Positions 18,191 through 31,827 of a DNA stretch of 64,000 bases are shown here, in pieces; position 1 is the stretch's first letter, and each line of letters starts with the position of its first letter. The notes beneath the pieces were generated by a model. It was not told the origin of the DNA. It made no database searches and worked only from the letters and a program-made list of their open reading frames with translations. This stretch comes from Alloascoidea hylecoeti (taxonomy: Eukaryota): the NCBI GenBank assembly GCA_001600815.1, contig BCKZ01000003.1, forward strand, positions 979,474 to 1,043,473. The letters are read 5' to 3'. The position numbers and the translations under genes were made by a program.

Positions 18191-19359
18191 ATGTTTACTA
18201 GATCGACAATAAAAACTTCAAATAGAAGAATATTTACCACATCATATAGTTATTATTCGGAATCATTCCGTTTAATATCTCCAATCAATTCAAGAAGAAC
18301 ATCTCAAAGACAATGTTATAGTCATCATGCTGTTGATTCTGAGTCAGGTAGTACTATTCAAAGGAAAAAAGTTACGATTAGTAATATCCGGAACTTATGG
18401 AAGAAAAATATACCAATAACGGTATGTATATCTTTTTGATGATGATTGTTATGTTATATTTATTGACCATTTGTTTTTAGTGTATTACTGCCCATGATTA
18501 TATTTCTGGTTTGATGGCTGATAGGGCTGGTGTGGATTTAGTCCTAGTGGGTGATTCTTTAGCTATGGTAGCCTTAGGACATCAAGTGAGTCATTCTTTT
18601 TTCAAAGCAGCACACACAAAACTGGAAAACCTTCTCTAACATATTCTATATATATAGAATACAAATCAATTGACATTAGATGAAATGGCATATCATTGTA
18701 AAGCCGTCTCTTGTGGGGTAAAATCTTCTTTCTTGGTTGCAGACTTACCATTTGGAACTTATGAATTATCACCTACACAAGCAATGGAATCTGCTATCAA
18801 ACTTGTCCGTTCTGGTCGTGTTGAAGCTGTTAAATTAGAAGGTGGGAAAGAACTTGTTCCTACTGTCAAACATTTAACTACCTTTGGAATACCAGTCTTG
18901 GGTCATATAGGCTTAACACCACAACGTCAAAATTCACTCGGAGGGTTTAAAGTTCAGGGTAAAACCGCAGAGGATGCTAAAAGGATATTAGAAGATGGGT
19001 TAGCTTTACAAGAAGCTGGTTGTTTTGGATTTGTAGTTGAAGCAATACCCGATCAAATGGCCGAAATAATTACACAAAAATTGAATGTTCCTACTATTGG
19101 TATTGGTGCTGGGCCAGGAACTTCTGGTCAAGTTTTAGTACAATTGGATATGCTAGGTGGATTCGATGAGTTTATTCCAAAATTTCTTAAAAGATATAGT
19201 AATTATTTGGAAGAAAATGTAAGGGCCATTGGTCAATATCATAAAGAAGTTAAAGAAAAACAATTCCCAGCTCAAGAACATTGTTACGCCAATAATAAAG
19301 AAGAAGTTGAAAAATTTAAAGAACTTGTAAAAGATATGGATAAATTAAAAAACTTTTAG
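18191..19359 (+). CDS. ECM31: 3-methyl-2-oxobutanoate hydroxymethyltransferase; exons 18191-18421, 18481-18585, 18658-19359
   Basis: Mitochondrial-type presequence; [42 protein letters not shown]. Confidence 0.94.
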
Positions 19360-19627
19360 ATACCCCATAAATATATGCCTATAGAAATAAATAGAATAAT
19401 AAGAGATTCAAATACAAAATATAACAGAAAAAAATAATTATGTGACTAACCCACTCTAAACAGTGAAAACCTACACATTTAACTATAGCTTATTCATCTG
19501 TCAATCTTTTCAGCCACATTTTAATATTTTGGTAATTCATTCATCTAAAGAACGACTAGTGGGAGGCTTCTGCTCTGTTGAGACATATTCGTATGGTGAA
19601 TTGTCACTTTTTGATTTTATTAATACA

Positions 19628-21270
19628 TCAAGAGATACTTTGAAACAAAATTGATAGCTTTTGGACCATGGAGGTTCTGAATTGAACTGATTTTGATTTT
19701 GATTTTGATTTTGATTTTGATTCCGATGAACCAGTACAAGTATCGTGAGAAAATTTTGGTGGTTTTGATAACTCCAAGAATTCTGTCAACTCTAATAATC
19801 TTAATTTCATAACATTTGTTACTTTTTGTATTAAACCAAAATTCAGGTCTGGTATTTGGGATTTCAATTCACTTTTAATTTTCAATTCATAAAATCTTGA
19901 TAGAATACATGTTTGAAAATTTGGAACCAAATTGGAAGTGATTGAAGGTATATATATTTCAAAATTTATAATCTTTTCATATTTGGTGTCTCCAGTTTTC
20001 TGATCATATTAGTGTCCATCCTTTCCAAACATCTTCTCTAGATCTACAATCAAGTTCAGTGCCTTATATTGATTAAAGTTTAAAGAACCAATATACACAC
20101 ACCCTCTAGTATTATCTTTTAAAAACATTTGGGTTACTGTGGACTAAGGAGTATTCTCTTATATTTTTTTAGGAGTTTAAAGATCCATATGACATTGTAA
20201 TGACAGTTATAATTTGTAAATGTGAACCCACTGAAGTAATAAATGGTGGAAGTTCTAGTACTCCATTAATTGATTTTGGACTATAAATAAACTTTAATGG
20301 ATATTTGATAAAACTTCCTAGTGCTATTCTAGGATAGCGATCTTGTATATCTATTTAGTAGGGAAATAGCAACTCTAATGCACTATACCATTCTATATTA
20401 TATCAAATAATACAACACCGTAAATATCCAACTGATCAACATATCACTTTTTAATCACATGAACTATTTCCAAAATCTTATAAAATATGTAAATTTTGTT
20501 TTCACTAAATTAATAATCGTATCCCTTCAATTGAAAATTCCCACTATTTCTACATTATTTAGCACTAGTACAATTGATAATATTATATGGTCCAAGAATT
20601 ACAATGTTGCTAAGGTAGGAAAGCTCTAAGTTGAATTGCAAGGAAGTTCTGCCATTATCGAATGAAAAGATCACCATCTCCATTGAAAATGAAAAGCTAT
20701 TTTATATCCCATGGTATTAAAGGTTTCATTACTCTAATCCCCAAAACTACCTTTTCTTATTATGATTTTAAACTACGTATGAAAAGATTTGTCACTAAAT
20801 AATACCAATGGCCATATACAGAGATAATAAAGTCTCCATTTTTGGATGAACCTGGATTGTTTCCAGCTACAGTAAAATATGGTCCCAAATATAATATAGC
20901 TTCAGCTGGCAATAAATATACATTACCATTTAGCTTTGATATTCCTGAAAGATTACCGGAATTTATTTGCAGGAACCCTTAACTTTCTCCATCAATGTCT
21001 ACCTCCAAGTGTTGAGGAAACATTAGTCATACCATATCCTGCTGCCCCTCGCCTTTTTCGGCCATATCTTGATCCAAAAATATTTAAAATGATTTATAGC
21101 AAGAAATTGAGACGTAAAATGTTTTATCATATTGACTCCAGGACAGAAGAGATATCTTACTTAAAACATTTCTGAATGGTTGATAGGAAACAAATGCGAT
21201 TGTCTAGATAAAATTAGGTCAACGATAAAAGTAATTGCACCTCGTCCAGATCCAATATTATGCTTAATTA
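19628..21270. pseudogene. Scrambled Bul1/alpha-arrestin-like pseudogene (C-terminal part on -, N-terminal/middle part inverted on +)
   Basis: + strand YTLPFSFDIPERLPEFICR/frameshift/LHQCLPPSV; - strand VPNFQTCILSRFYELKI; stops and frameshifts; duplicated at 39590-40270. Confidence 0.6.
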
Positions 21271-21367
21271 CAAACATTTATTTTGCTAATTTTAAAGACT
21301 TTGAATCATAATATATAAAGAGAAGGCTGATTTAGTTAAACTAACTAACTTAATATAATTTATGTTT

Positions 21368-21757
21368 AATATCGACCCCACCTGTTTACGTATATATTCA
21401 CACTCTATTGAGAGGATATTCGCCCACAATTTAAATTAGTAATTACTACCTGAGCTTCTCATTTAAGTTCCACCATCTTTATATGCAAACAAAATGGTTA
21501 AAGCTTGTCATAACTATGCTTTTATCTTGAGAAGTCTTAAAATTGCATTCAGCTCTTAATAACTTTCAACTTTTTGAAAGACCATTTTTGACCATTTTTG
21601 ATTATTTTGTTAGACATAAAGGAGACCAAATATTAAGTGCAAGCTGACTGAACTTAAAAGTCAAATACTATTACATCGTGTGTGCGAATATCTTCACGAT
21701 TGAGTGCAAATATAACCTTATAGGTCAACAAGTAGTCGATATTAATAGCACTGTATA
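21368..21757. mobile_element. Degenerate MITE-like element(s) with imperfect inverted repeat
   Basis: 21368-21425 is an imperfect reverse complement of 21680-21745; 21557-21660 aligns by eye to 63544-63645 (ctttcaa-tttttgaaagac, tattttgtt); ends CACTG|TA. Confidence 0.5.
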
Positions 21758-24436
21758 ATGGCAATGCCCTACTATGTCATAGTGTTTACCTTTTGGTATC
21801 AGTATATTAATATTATTTATCAACAGCTTAAAAAAGAAAAATTCCCGAAGTTTTTATTATTGGCATATTGTGACTAATATCGTAATTCTATTTTAGGTGT
21901 ACAATAAAACTCAGTTACTATTTATAGCCACAAACATATGTAGTTGAATTGAATAAGAGTTTTTGAAAACAAAAGAAAAACTGATTCAGGTGTTTTCAGA
22001 GTAGTCATGAGATCATTATAAACAAACTTTATCACTGTGAATTTAATACTATTATGCGTATTGTGATAAAATATAAGGTTACCGGGTTCAATATAAATTG
22101 CAAATCACACATATTTTCTTTCCCTCTTCCCAACCACCGAGAATGGAAATAATAAAGAAGTTCTCTAAAAAACAGGAAGCAGGGATACTTGATTCATTTA
22201 TCTTGAAGATTGTTGGAGAGAATGCCAACATTTCAAAGTAAAAAGAATGGTGGAAATCAATTCATAAACTCAAAATGGATTATATTGATGTTAAAAAGTA
22301 TTATACGAATCCACGGATAATAAATGTTACACATAATAACTACTTTCGCTTAAACTTCCTATAAGTATAGCTCTTTAGCTAGAACTTACTACACATTAAA
22401 TAGTTATATAATTAATTAGCTAGTTATAAACAATATAAAAGGAGAACAAAATTATAGGTTTTGCTCCTTCACTGAATTACTTTTAGTTCCTTTTAAAAGA
22501 TTAACTTTAACATGAAAATATATTACATCTAGCTTATTTATGAGATGTAGGGGCAGACAGTTTGGTGTTTTAGAGGAAGTTTTAATAGATGGATGGTTCC
22601 ATTAATATTAGATTTACAGACGTAAGAATCATTGAAAAACAAACATAAGAATGGTTCAGATTTATTTTGTGGAATGGTAGTGAAAGTACATTTATGCTAT
22701 TAGGCCTAGAGTAATGGAAAAAGAATACACTTAATGTTTTTATTTTTGTTCTATGCTACACAATCATCACTTTTTCATTATCATTACACATGTTTTACTA
22801 CTTATTCTTTCTTCAACTCCCTTAAGCTTACTATCGAACTGTCAAGACATCTTATCAACCAACATATAAATGATACTGTATATGTAATTATATGAATTCT
22901 TACATCGTGTTTAGTGAAGACTCCCAAATAATGATTCCAAGTAAAACCACAAGCATTCGAATTCGCTTAAATGGGGCAAAGAATTGTTAAGTAGTTAAAG
23001 ACTTAAATTATAAGATTGGTTTCCTGGATATGGTGATGACTGATTTTGATTTTATTTGAGATGGATATGTATAGTAGATGATATATTATAGTTAGAAGTT
23101 ATGATTTACCATGAGAGCCACGTCCAAGTCCAAATTCCAACCCAAATAGCAAAATCGGAATCATCATTCTACAAAATTAATTGTCTCCTAAATATACTAC
23201 TCTGGTTCTAGATCTAGCTTAATAATATAAGTCTTATAAAAGCTATGATATATAGCAGCTTTTTATTATAGCTACATCTATAGTTTAGGTGTGTATGGTT
23301 TGATGCAGGTACTTATGTTTACAATTACAGAATATATAGTTATAAATCAATAAGTGTCAATATGAAGCTAAACTATAAAAAAAGGTATAAATTCGTAAGC
23401 TTATATATATAATGAAATTTAACATTAATGTAAAAATTAGATACAACTCTATTTTGAATAGAATAAATATATATATATCCAAACGACAAAATCAACTCAT
23501 CTTCATTAAATATGTTGTTACGACTAAATAGCTAAATGTACCTTTTTATTAAAATAATTAATATTTGTTTGTATTTATTTTTCTATTTTGACATATTTAT
23601 CTATTCAAATTCAATTTTCGTGGATAAATATTTGTTGAGATTCTTAATATGAACGTAACAAACATGAAACTTTATTTTAATATGATACTTTAAATTGAAT
23701 CCTAGTTGGGTTTATTGAGACTTGAAAATATATATTTTAGACACAATTTCATTACAAATTTAAATAAAATGAGTATTGAATTTTAGTTGATTACAATCTT
23801 TGAAATACTATAATAAAGATGAAATTGGTACGTACATGATAACTTTTATTAAATAGATAACGAAATTGTGAAATATATTGCTTGAATTAAGATTAAAACT
23901 ATATCTTACAAGACAAAGGTTTTTATAAAAAATCTTATAAAATGTAGGCCTATATATAAATTTCAAAATTTTGTAGTTGTATATTATAAAGTGATTAACA
24001 ATAAATCTTCGGATTCAGTTGAAACAATTTTACCTTAAATCCAGAATTTGTATGAATTTAGTATGAACTCGAAGTACATGTACACAACTAAAGAAAATTA
24101 TTGATCATATCCGACTTTCTTAATGAACTTCACGGTTAGTCACCTTGGATTGTTGATCAAAGGAAACATCATGATTTATGTTACAAAATGATATGCCAAA
24201 TGAGAGTTCTAGTAAATTAAATAAAACTAACAATAAAATGAAAGAGCAACATAACTCAAGTCAAACTATAAAAATAGAAAGATAAATATCAAACATGTTT
24301 CTTTATGCGCAATATTTGGGTAAAACACCCAGACACCTGTAAACGTGTTTCCAACCTTTTCATCCTTAGCTGAAATTATACCAACGAGCAATCAGTAATT
24401 AATTCCTCTCTTCTTGTACAAAAAAACAACAAAAAA

Positions 24437-25366
24437 ATGAATACAAATGTGGTTCCACAAGAACCTCAGATTTCTCCGGAAGCAAAGGCTATTGCCAACT
24501 TTCTTAGGCAACATAAATTATTAAAGCAACGTCAAGGAATTTTCAATGGAAAACGTCATGATTTTTTTAGAGGTATATATTTTTAAAATATAATTTTTGA
24601 TTCATGTATTAAAAATCATCAAATTGATCAACCATTCTAATAATCATTTTTTAATTAGTTAAAAGGGCATTAAGGGCATTAGAATCAGATGGTTATAAAA
24701 AAGCACAATCTAAACCAAATTCGAATTTACCATTGGTTAATTCTCATCAAAAAGCAATTGAAGTATTTGCAAAAATGCCAATAAATCGTATGGCACTTAG
24801 AGTTTCAAAATTAACAACTTCTGAAGCTCGTGAAAAAAGTTTGAAACCTCAAAGAGATGCTCCTTGTCTTGAATTAATTACACATCAAGAGTTTGGACCA
24901 GATATGTATTACGTTTGGTTATATGAAAAAGTTAATCCAATGTCTTATGTTTATGGAGCTCTTGTGATTCTGGGTATATTTTCAGTTGTTTTATTCCCAT
25001 TATGGCCAGTGTTCATGAGAAAAGGTGTTTGGTATTTAAGTGTTGCAGTAATGGGACTTATTGGATTGATAATCTTCATAGCTATCTTACGACTAATCTT
25101 GTTTGCAATTACGGTTGTTGTTTTACCCCAAGGATTTTGGCTATTTCCTAATTTATTTGCAGATGTTGGATTTTTCGAAAGTTTTGTTCCTCTTTATGGA
25201 TGGGTATGTATTTAACTTCTTTCTTACAATTTAATTGATTGATTATCAAATACTAATCTTTTTACTTCTTATTACTTTTTTGGATGTTTAGCAAGGAGAC
25301 GAAGAAAAGAAAACAAAGAAGAAATCTAAAAAGAGTGTTACCATTACTTCTGAAAAAGAAGGTTAA
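24437..25366 (+). CDS. SEC62: ER translocon subunit Sec62; exons 24437-24572, 24659-25203, 25292-25366
   Basis: LLKQRQG, DFFRVKRALRAL, YYVWLY, LFPLWP, GFWLFPNLFADVGFFESFVPLYGW; two TM helices. Confidence 0.93.
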
Positions 25367-25422
25367 TTATTATTGTTATGTTATCATAGTTTTTAAGTAT
25401 TATTAATAACAAAAGAATCGCG

Positions 25423-25477
25423 CACGTGACTTGTAAATTGGGTGCATTACCCGGCCTTTTCAGTGTAGTTTGCCACC
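25423..25477. promoter_or_regulatory. UMP1 promoter: Cbf1-type CACGTGAC (25423), Reb1-type TTACCCGG (25447), Rpn4 PACE TTTGCCACC (25469)
   Basis: Exact consensus matches; a PACE (GGTGGCAAA reverse) upstream of a proteasome chaperone gene is the expected context. Confidence 0.75.
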
Positions 25478-25508
25478 TCCAGATTCTTACTAACATGGCA
25501 TCAACAAA

Positions 25509-25984
25509 ATGTCCTTACGATTTATTCCAGCCAATGATGCACCGGACCATGTCAGCTCCAACTCCTTGACAGCTGGAAATAGTGCTCTCCAACTGACACA
25601 ACCTCCAATTCCTACGGGTCAAACAATTAACGGAAGACATCCATTACAGGCACGACTTGCTGGTTGGGAAGACGTGCAACATGAGAATTTGATGACCCAA
25701 CATAGACAAATTTTTGGAATGGCCGAGCCAATTAAAAGAACCATGGAATTAGGGATTGTGGATGCAACAGATTTCGTCCCCATGGCACTTGGAGGTCCTG
25801 CCAATGTTCACAAGAATATATTACTGAATAAGGAAGCTACAATTGACTGGGAGGATGTTTACTCAGGTACGTTTTTGCCGGGATTTATTGTGAAGACGGC
25901 GATACTAACGTTTTTCTTGCAGGATTTGATTCCAATGTGAAAACCGATTTCCACAGCGAACTGGAAAGAAGATGTGGAATATAA
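25509..25984 (+). CDS. UMP1: Proteasome maturation factor Ump1; exons 25509-25866, 25923-25984
   Basis: MSLRFIP, HPLQARLAGW, FGMAEPIKRTMEL, IDWEDVY, DFHSELERRCGI*. Confidence 0.92.
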
Positions 25985-26168
25985 ATTCTGTTATATAAGT
26001 AATGTTAGGTAGTTTAATAAGTTACCCGCCATCTCCGTATAAAATTGAATATTTAATTTTCTCCCGTTGAAATCTTTTTTTCTTCAAGTTGTAACTTTTT
26101 GCACGAAAATATAAATATAAAAAAACCTGTTTCTTTGTTCCAAATTTATAAATTTAATACTCTTTAAA

Positions 26169-29100
26169 ATGTCTGAATCTTCTTTGTCATTTGGTCCTGA
26201 ATGGTAAGCTTTATATTCATATTCCTATTTATACTATTCGTACCCGGTCCGATTCGTTGTCTCTAACACAAACACTCGTAGGATGCGTCCCAAGACGAAC
26301 ACCACCGCTCCTCCCAAGCCAAAGGGAAAGGTTTCATGGGGAGAGGGCATCCCCAGCTCTCCTGGATTGGCTGCTTCACCTTACACGTCCGGGACTGCTC
26401 CAGTTCCTCCTACTTCGAATCTTAACCAGATCAAGAGAACAGATTCTCCGTTCTCAACTGCAAGTAATGGATCAAATTCAACGGATCATACCTCCCCATC
26501 CCCACAGCCGAAAATACCACAAAATCCAAGGGGTAAGAGTTATTCTATCGAGGAGATGTTTGCCATTTGGGAATCCATGAAATTACATGATGAGTTGAAA
26601 CCTTTTAATTCTTTAGATTCTGGAAAAATGGCATATCAATATTCAAATCCACAGTCTATTTTATTCCTTGATATGAAAAATGATTTAAAAAATATTGCTT
26701 ATAAGAAAAATAGTCAAAACTCATCATCTCGTCGACAATCTCAGCAAGTTAAAACAAATGATTCAAGTAATTTGTTACGACAATTATCTTCTTCAAGATT
26801 AGATGATAACCCGGGAATTGGAACAACAACAACTGCTTCATCTTTATATGGAAGTTCTTGGTCTGTTGCTGCTACCGTTGGTACAAATAGTGGTACTGCA
26901 TCTCCGTCATTAAACAATAGAAGTTTTTTTGGTGATGTACCAGATACCTCAATAAGTGGGAAATCATCCCCATCGGCTCCGCCTGGGTTGTCTAGAGCAC
27001 CTTCATTGAATCAATTTATACCTCCAGAAGCGATACTTTGGGTTTATTTAGATCCTCAGGGTAAAGAACAAGGTCCATTTGAGGGTACTTTAATGCATAC
27101 TTGGTATAATTCCGGTTATTTACAAGGCGATTTACAATTACGTCGAGCTGAGGAACATTTTTATAGAACACTATCAGATTTAGTTGTTCATTTAGGTACT
27201 CCTCAACCATTTATTTTACCATTACCACCTGTTTCTCCAATCCCACCACCTATTAATCAATCGCAATCACAACCTCAATCAGCACGTGGATCAATCTTAG
27301 CTACTGATAGTCCCATAACCAATCAATCACTTTTTTATAAAGATCATTTATCAAATGGTAGTAAATCTTCATTATCTCAATTTACCTCATCATTACAATC
27401 ACCGGCTTGGTCAGGGAATATTACCCCTTGGTCCCAACCAGCAACAACAACATTACAATCTTCATCAATTAATCAACCTGTTGATTCATTAACTGGACAT
27501 TCTTTTAGTACTAATAATTTAAGTGGTTCTTTTTATAATGGAGATTCTCATCATGGAAGTGCATTAGATTTAATACCAATTACAAGTAATTTATTTCAAC
27601 AACAACAACTTCCAACACAGACACAACAACAGCAACAACAACAACCACAACCACAACCACCACAACAACAACAACAACAAAATCATCAAATTGAATTTGA
27701 TGATATGAATAATGAATTAGAATCTGAAAATTTTTGTGAACAGGTAATAAATCATGTTTTTCAAAATGATTCTGATGTTGAAAATGAAAATGAAAATGAT
27801 CATGAACATGATCATAATAATAAAGATAATAATTTAGAATTAAAAGATGATATAAAGGAAAATATAGAAATAAAAGAAGAAGTTATTAAAGAAGTTGAAA
27901 AAGATAAATTAAAAGAAAATAAAAAAACTGAAAAATCAAAAACTAAAAAAGATAAAAAGAAGAAGAAAAATATTTTATCTACTCCAGAACCTAAAAAGAA
28001 TAATAAATTACAATCTCAATCTCAATCTCAATCACAATTACAACAACAACCTAGTCCTTTATCTGTTCCTAATTCTATTATCACAGATGTTAATGTATCA
28101 TCTACAGAACAAACGACTACAGTGGTCAACGATTCAAAAGAACCAACTCCTGAAGCAATAAAATCAAGAATTCAATCATTACCAGCCCCAACTAGTACTA
28201 AAAAAGAAGTTACAACAACCAAGAAACCTAAACCATCAGGTCATGAACCAGTCATTGCACCATGGGCAAAAGAATCATTAAAAAAACCAGAACCACAATT
28301 ATCAATGAAAGAAATTTTAGAACAAGAATCATCTGCAAAAAAGAAATTTTTAGAACAAGAAAAGAAAAGATTTAAAGAATTATCAAAACATTCCTCAGAA
28401 AATTCATCATCACCATCAACTTCACCAGTTTTAACAAATTCTAATATTTATAATAATAATCAATCACAAAATATTAATAGTAAAGCATTACCAAGTACTG
28501 CAGTTTGGGCAACAGCAATTCCAAAACAATCTTCAGGACCAATTAAAACATTATCTGAAATTCGAAAAGAAGAAGAATCTCTTAATATACGTAAAAAGAG
28601 TATTGTTTCAACATCAACACCAGTTAAAAGATATGTTGAAGCTGCTGCATCAGTTCCTAAATCATCTACAAATAATGGCACTTCAAATAGTGTTTGGACT
28701 ACAGTTGGACCTGGTGGTAAAAAATCAAAACCAACAGCGGCTTCAATTGTTGCTGCTACGATTCCATCGACTAAAACAATTTCTAAACCAATTGTTAATT
28801 CTATTAGTTCTTCTATAAGCAAACCTACTATTATTAATACTAATACTACTTCTAATAATAATAATGGAAGTATCACTAGAGAAGAATTTGTTAAATGGTG
28901 TAAAGGACATTTATCAGGTTTAAAACCAGGTGTTAATCCTGATGAATTTATAACATTATTACTTTCAATACCATCGGAATCAATAAAATTAATTGAAGAA
29001 ACAATTTTTGATTATTCAGATACCATTAATGGTAGAAGATTTGCACAAGAATTTATTAAAAGAAGAAAAATTGTTGAATCATCATCATCAAATAAAAGTG

Positions 29101-29216
29101 TTAGTAGTTCTGGTTTATCATGGAGTGATCTTGTTAGCGCACCAAGAGAACAACAAGATGAAGATTGGAGTAGTTCTAATAATTTTACATTAGTTAAAAA
29201 GAAAGGAAGACGTTAA
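26169..29216 (+). CDS. SMY2: GYF-domain protein (Smy2/Syh1/GIGYF family); exons 26169-26203, 26282-29216
   Basis: Spliced N-terminus FGPEW|MRPK; GYF domain WVYLDPQGKEQGPF...WYNSGYL; C-terminal EFVKWC...NGRRFAQEFIKRRK. Confidence 0.85.
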
Positions 29217-29492
29217 GATTTTTAAGAAATAATATTCAATTCTAATCTGAATAATAATTACTGTAGCTATAGATAAAAATTAAATAAATGAAAATTAATG
29301 ATATTATTTATAAAAATGTGCTCTCTAATTTTTCTCGTATATTTGTAAAATAGAGGGTAAATCATGTACTGGCAATTTAATATCACGTGAATGATTTTTT
29401 TTCAAAAAGAAAAAAAAAAAAACTTATAAATTAAGAAAAGAAAACCTCCAATTGAAATTATTGAATATTGTAAATATTTAAAAACAAAAAAG

Positions 29493-31713
29493 ATGAGTAT
29501 TCCTTTAGGTTTAGATTTTGGCAACTTGAACTCTGTCATTGCAGTATGTTTATTTATTTTTTAAATATATTTATCATTTATAAATAAATAACTAACTGAT
29601 TATTGATGATCTAGGTTGCCCGTAATAGAGGTATTGATGTCATTGTTAATGAAGTTTCTAATCGTTCAACTCCGTATGTTTTTTTTTTTTTTTTATTTTG
29701 TTTTTACAATTACAGGGAATTAAACTAATGTTGTTTTATTATAGTTCGCTTGTTGGATTTGGAACCAAGAATCGTTTTATTGGAGAAGCTGCCAAAAATC
29801 AAGAAATTTCAAACTTGAAAAACACAGTATCTAATTTAAAAAGACTTATCGGTAAATCTTCTAATGATCCAGAATTAGAAGTTGAGAAACGATTTGTTAG
29901 TTCTCAATTAGTTGATGCTGAAGGATCAGTTGGTGCAAAAGTTAGATATCAAGGTGGCCAAAAAGTCTTCACAGTGACTCAATTAGTTGCAATGTATTTA
30001 AATAAAATTAAAAACATTTCTGCTAAAGAAGTATCTGGAAATATCAGTGATATTGCTATTGCTGTTCCAGTCTGGTATACTGATGTTGAAAGACGTGCCA
30101 TTATTGACGCTTCAATTATTGCCGGACTTAATCCGGTTAGAATCGTTAATGATGTAACTGCTGCTGCTGTCGGATATGGTGTTTTCAAAACAGATTTACC
30201 TGAAGATGAACCAAAGAAAATTGCTTTTGTTGATATTGGACATTCATCTTATTCCGTTTCAATTGCTTCTATTAAAAAAGGTGAGCTTAAGATTTTAGGT
30301 TCTGCTTATGATAAGCACTTCGGTGGTAGAAATTTCGATTATGCAATTGCAGATCACTTTGCTGAAGAATTTAAAGCAAAATATAAAATTGATGTTAAAA
30401 CAAATCCAAAAGCTTTTGCAAGAGTTGTTTCTCAATCTGAAAGATTAAAGAAGATTTTATCTGCAAATGCAAGTGCACCATTTAACATTGAATCATTAAT
30501 GAATGATGTTGATGTTTCATCAAATTTAAGTCGTGATTCATTAGAAGAATTCGTTAAACCATTATTAGAAAGAATTCATGTTCCAATTGAAACTGCTTTA
30601 AAAGATGCTGGTTTAAAAGCTGAGGATATTGATACAATTGAAGTTATTGGAGGTTGTACTCGTGTTCCATCTGTTAAGACACAACTTGCTTCAATTTTCA
30701 ATAAACCTTTGTCTTTCACTTTAAATCAAGATGAAGCTATTGCAAGAGGTGCTGCATTCATCTGTGCTATTCATTCACCAACTCTTAGAGTACGGCCTTT
30801 CAAATTTGAAGATTATAATCCTTATACTGTTTCATTTTTCTGGGATAAGGATGAAGAAGATACTGATCATTTAGAGGTTTTCCCAAGAGGTGGTTCTTAT
30901 CCAAGCACAAAAGTCATCACTTTATATAGATCAAAGGATTTCTCACTTGAAGCTAAGTATACAAATATCGAAGAATTACCAAAAAATGTAAATCAATGGA
31001 TTGGTACTTGGAAGTTATCTGGTGTTGTTCCAAATGAAGGTGAAACTTCAATCGCTACAAAGATCAAACTTAGAAATGATCCAAGTGGTTTATATGTTGT
31101 TGAAGCTGCTTATACCGCCGAAGAGAAAATTTTCGAAGAGCCAATTGAAGAAACTCCTGCTGAAAATAAAGAAGGTGCTGCTGACGAAGAAACAGAAGCT
31201 CCAAAGACTAAAAAGGTTAAGAGATGGGTTAAGAAGAATGATCTTGTTATAACCCACAATTCAACAAGTCTTGAATCTGCAAAAAGAAATGAATTTTTTG
31301 AAAAAGAAAATGAATTAGTCATGGAAGATAAACTTGTTGCAGATACTGAAGATCGTAAAAATGCCTTAGAAGAATATATTTATGATCTTAGAGGTAAAAT
31401 CGATGATCAATATTCAGAATTTGCAAGTGATAAAGAAAAGGAAAAACTAAAAGAAAGACTTTTAAAAGCAGAAGACTGGTTATATGATGATGGTTATGAT
31501 GCTACAAAAGCACAATATATTGCAAAATACGAAGAATTGGCTTCAATTGGTAACTTAATTCGTGGTAGATATTTAGCAAAAGAGGAAGAAAAGAAACAAG
31601 CTTACCTTTCTAAAAAAGAAGCTGCTGAAGCTCAAAGAATGGCTGAAATTATGGCAAATCAAAGAGCTGCTAACACAAAGAAGGATAAAGATACACCTAT
31701 GCCTGATGCTTAA
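29493..31713 (+). CDS. SSE1: Hsp110 nucleotide exchange factor; exons 29493-29543, 29615-29673, 29745-31713
   Basis: [58 protein letters not shown]. Confidence 0.95.
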
Positions 31714-31827
31714 GTAAATAATTAGTATATTGAATCTGACTATATAAGATTTTTCTAAGACCTTATATTTATAATTACTTATGTATATTCTTTAAATACA
31801 AAACTTTGAAATTGTCTATAATTATAA

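Noticed and set aside
25488..25508. TACTAAC and out-of-frame ATG just upstream of UMP1 as a 5' intron or uORF
   Set aside because: No AG acceptor before the start codon and no good donor; lies only ~10 bp from the PACE site, probably upstream of or at the TSS
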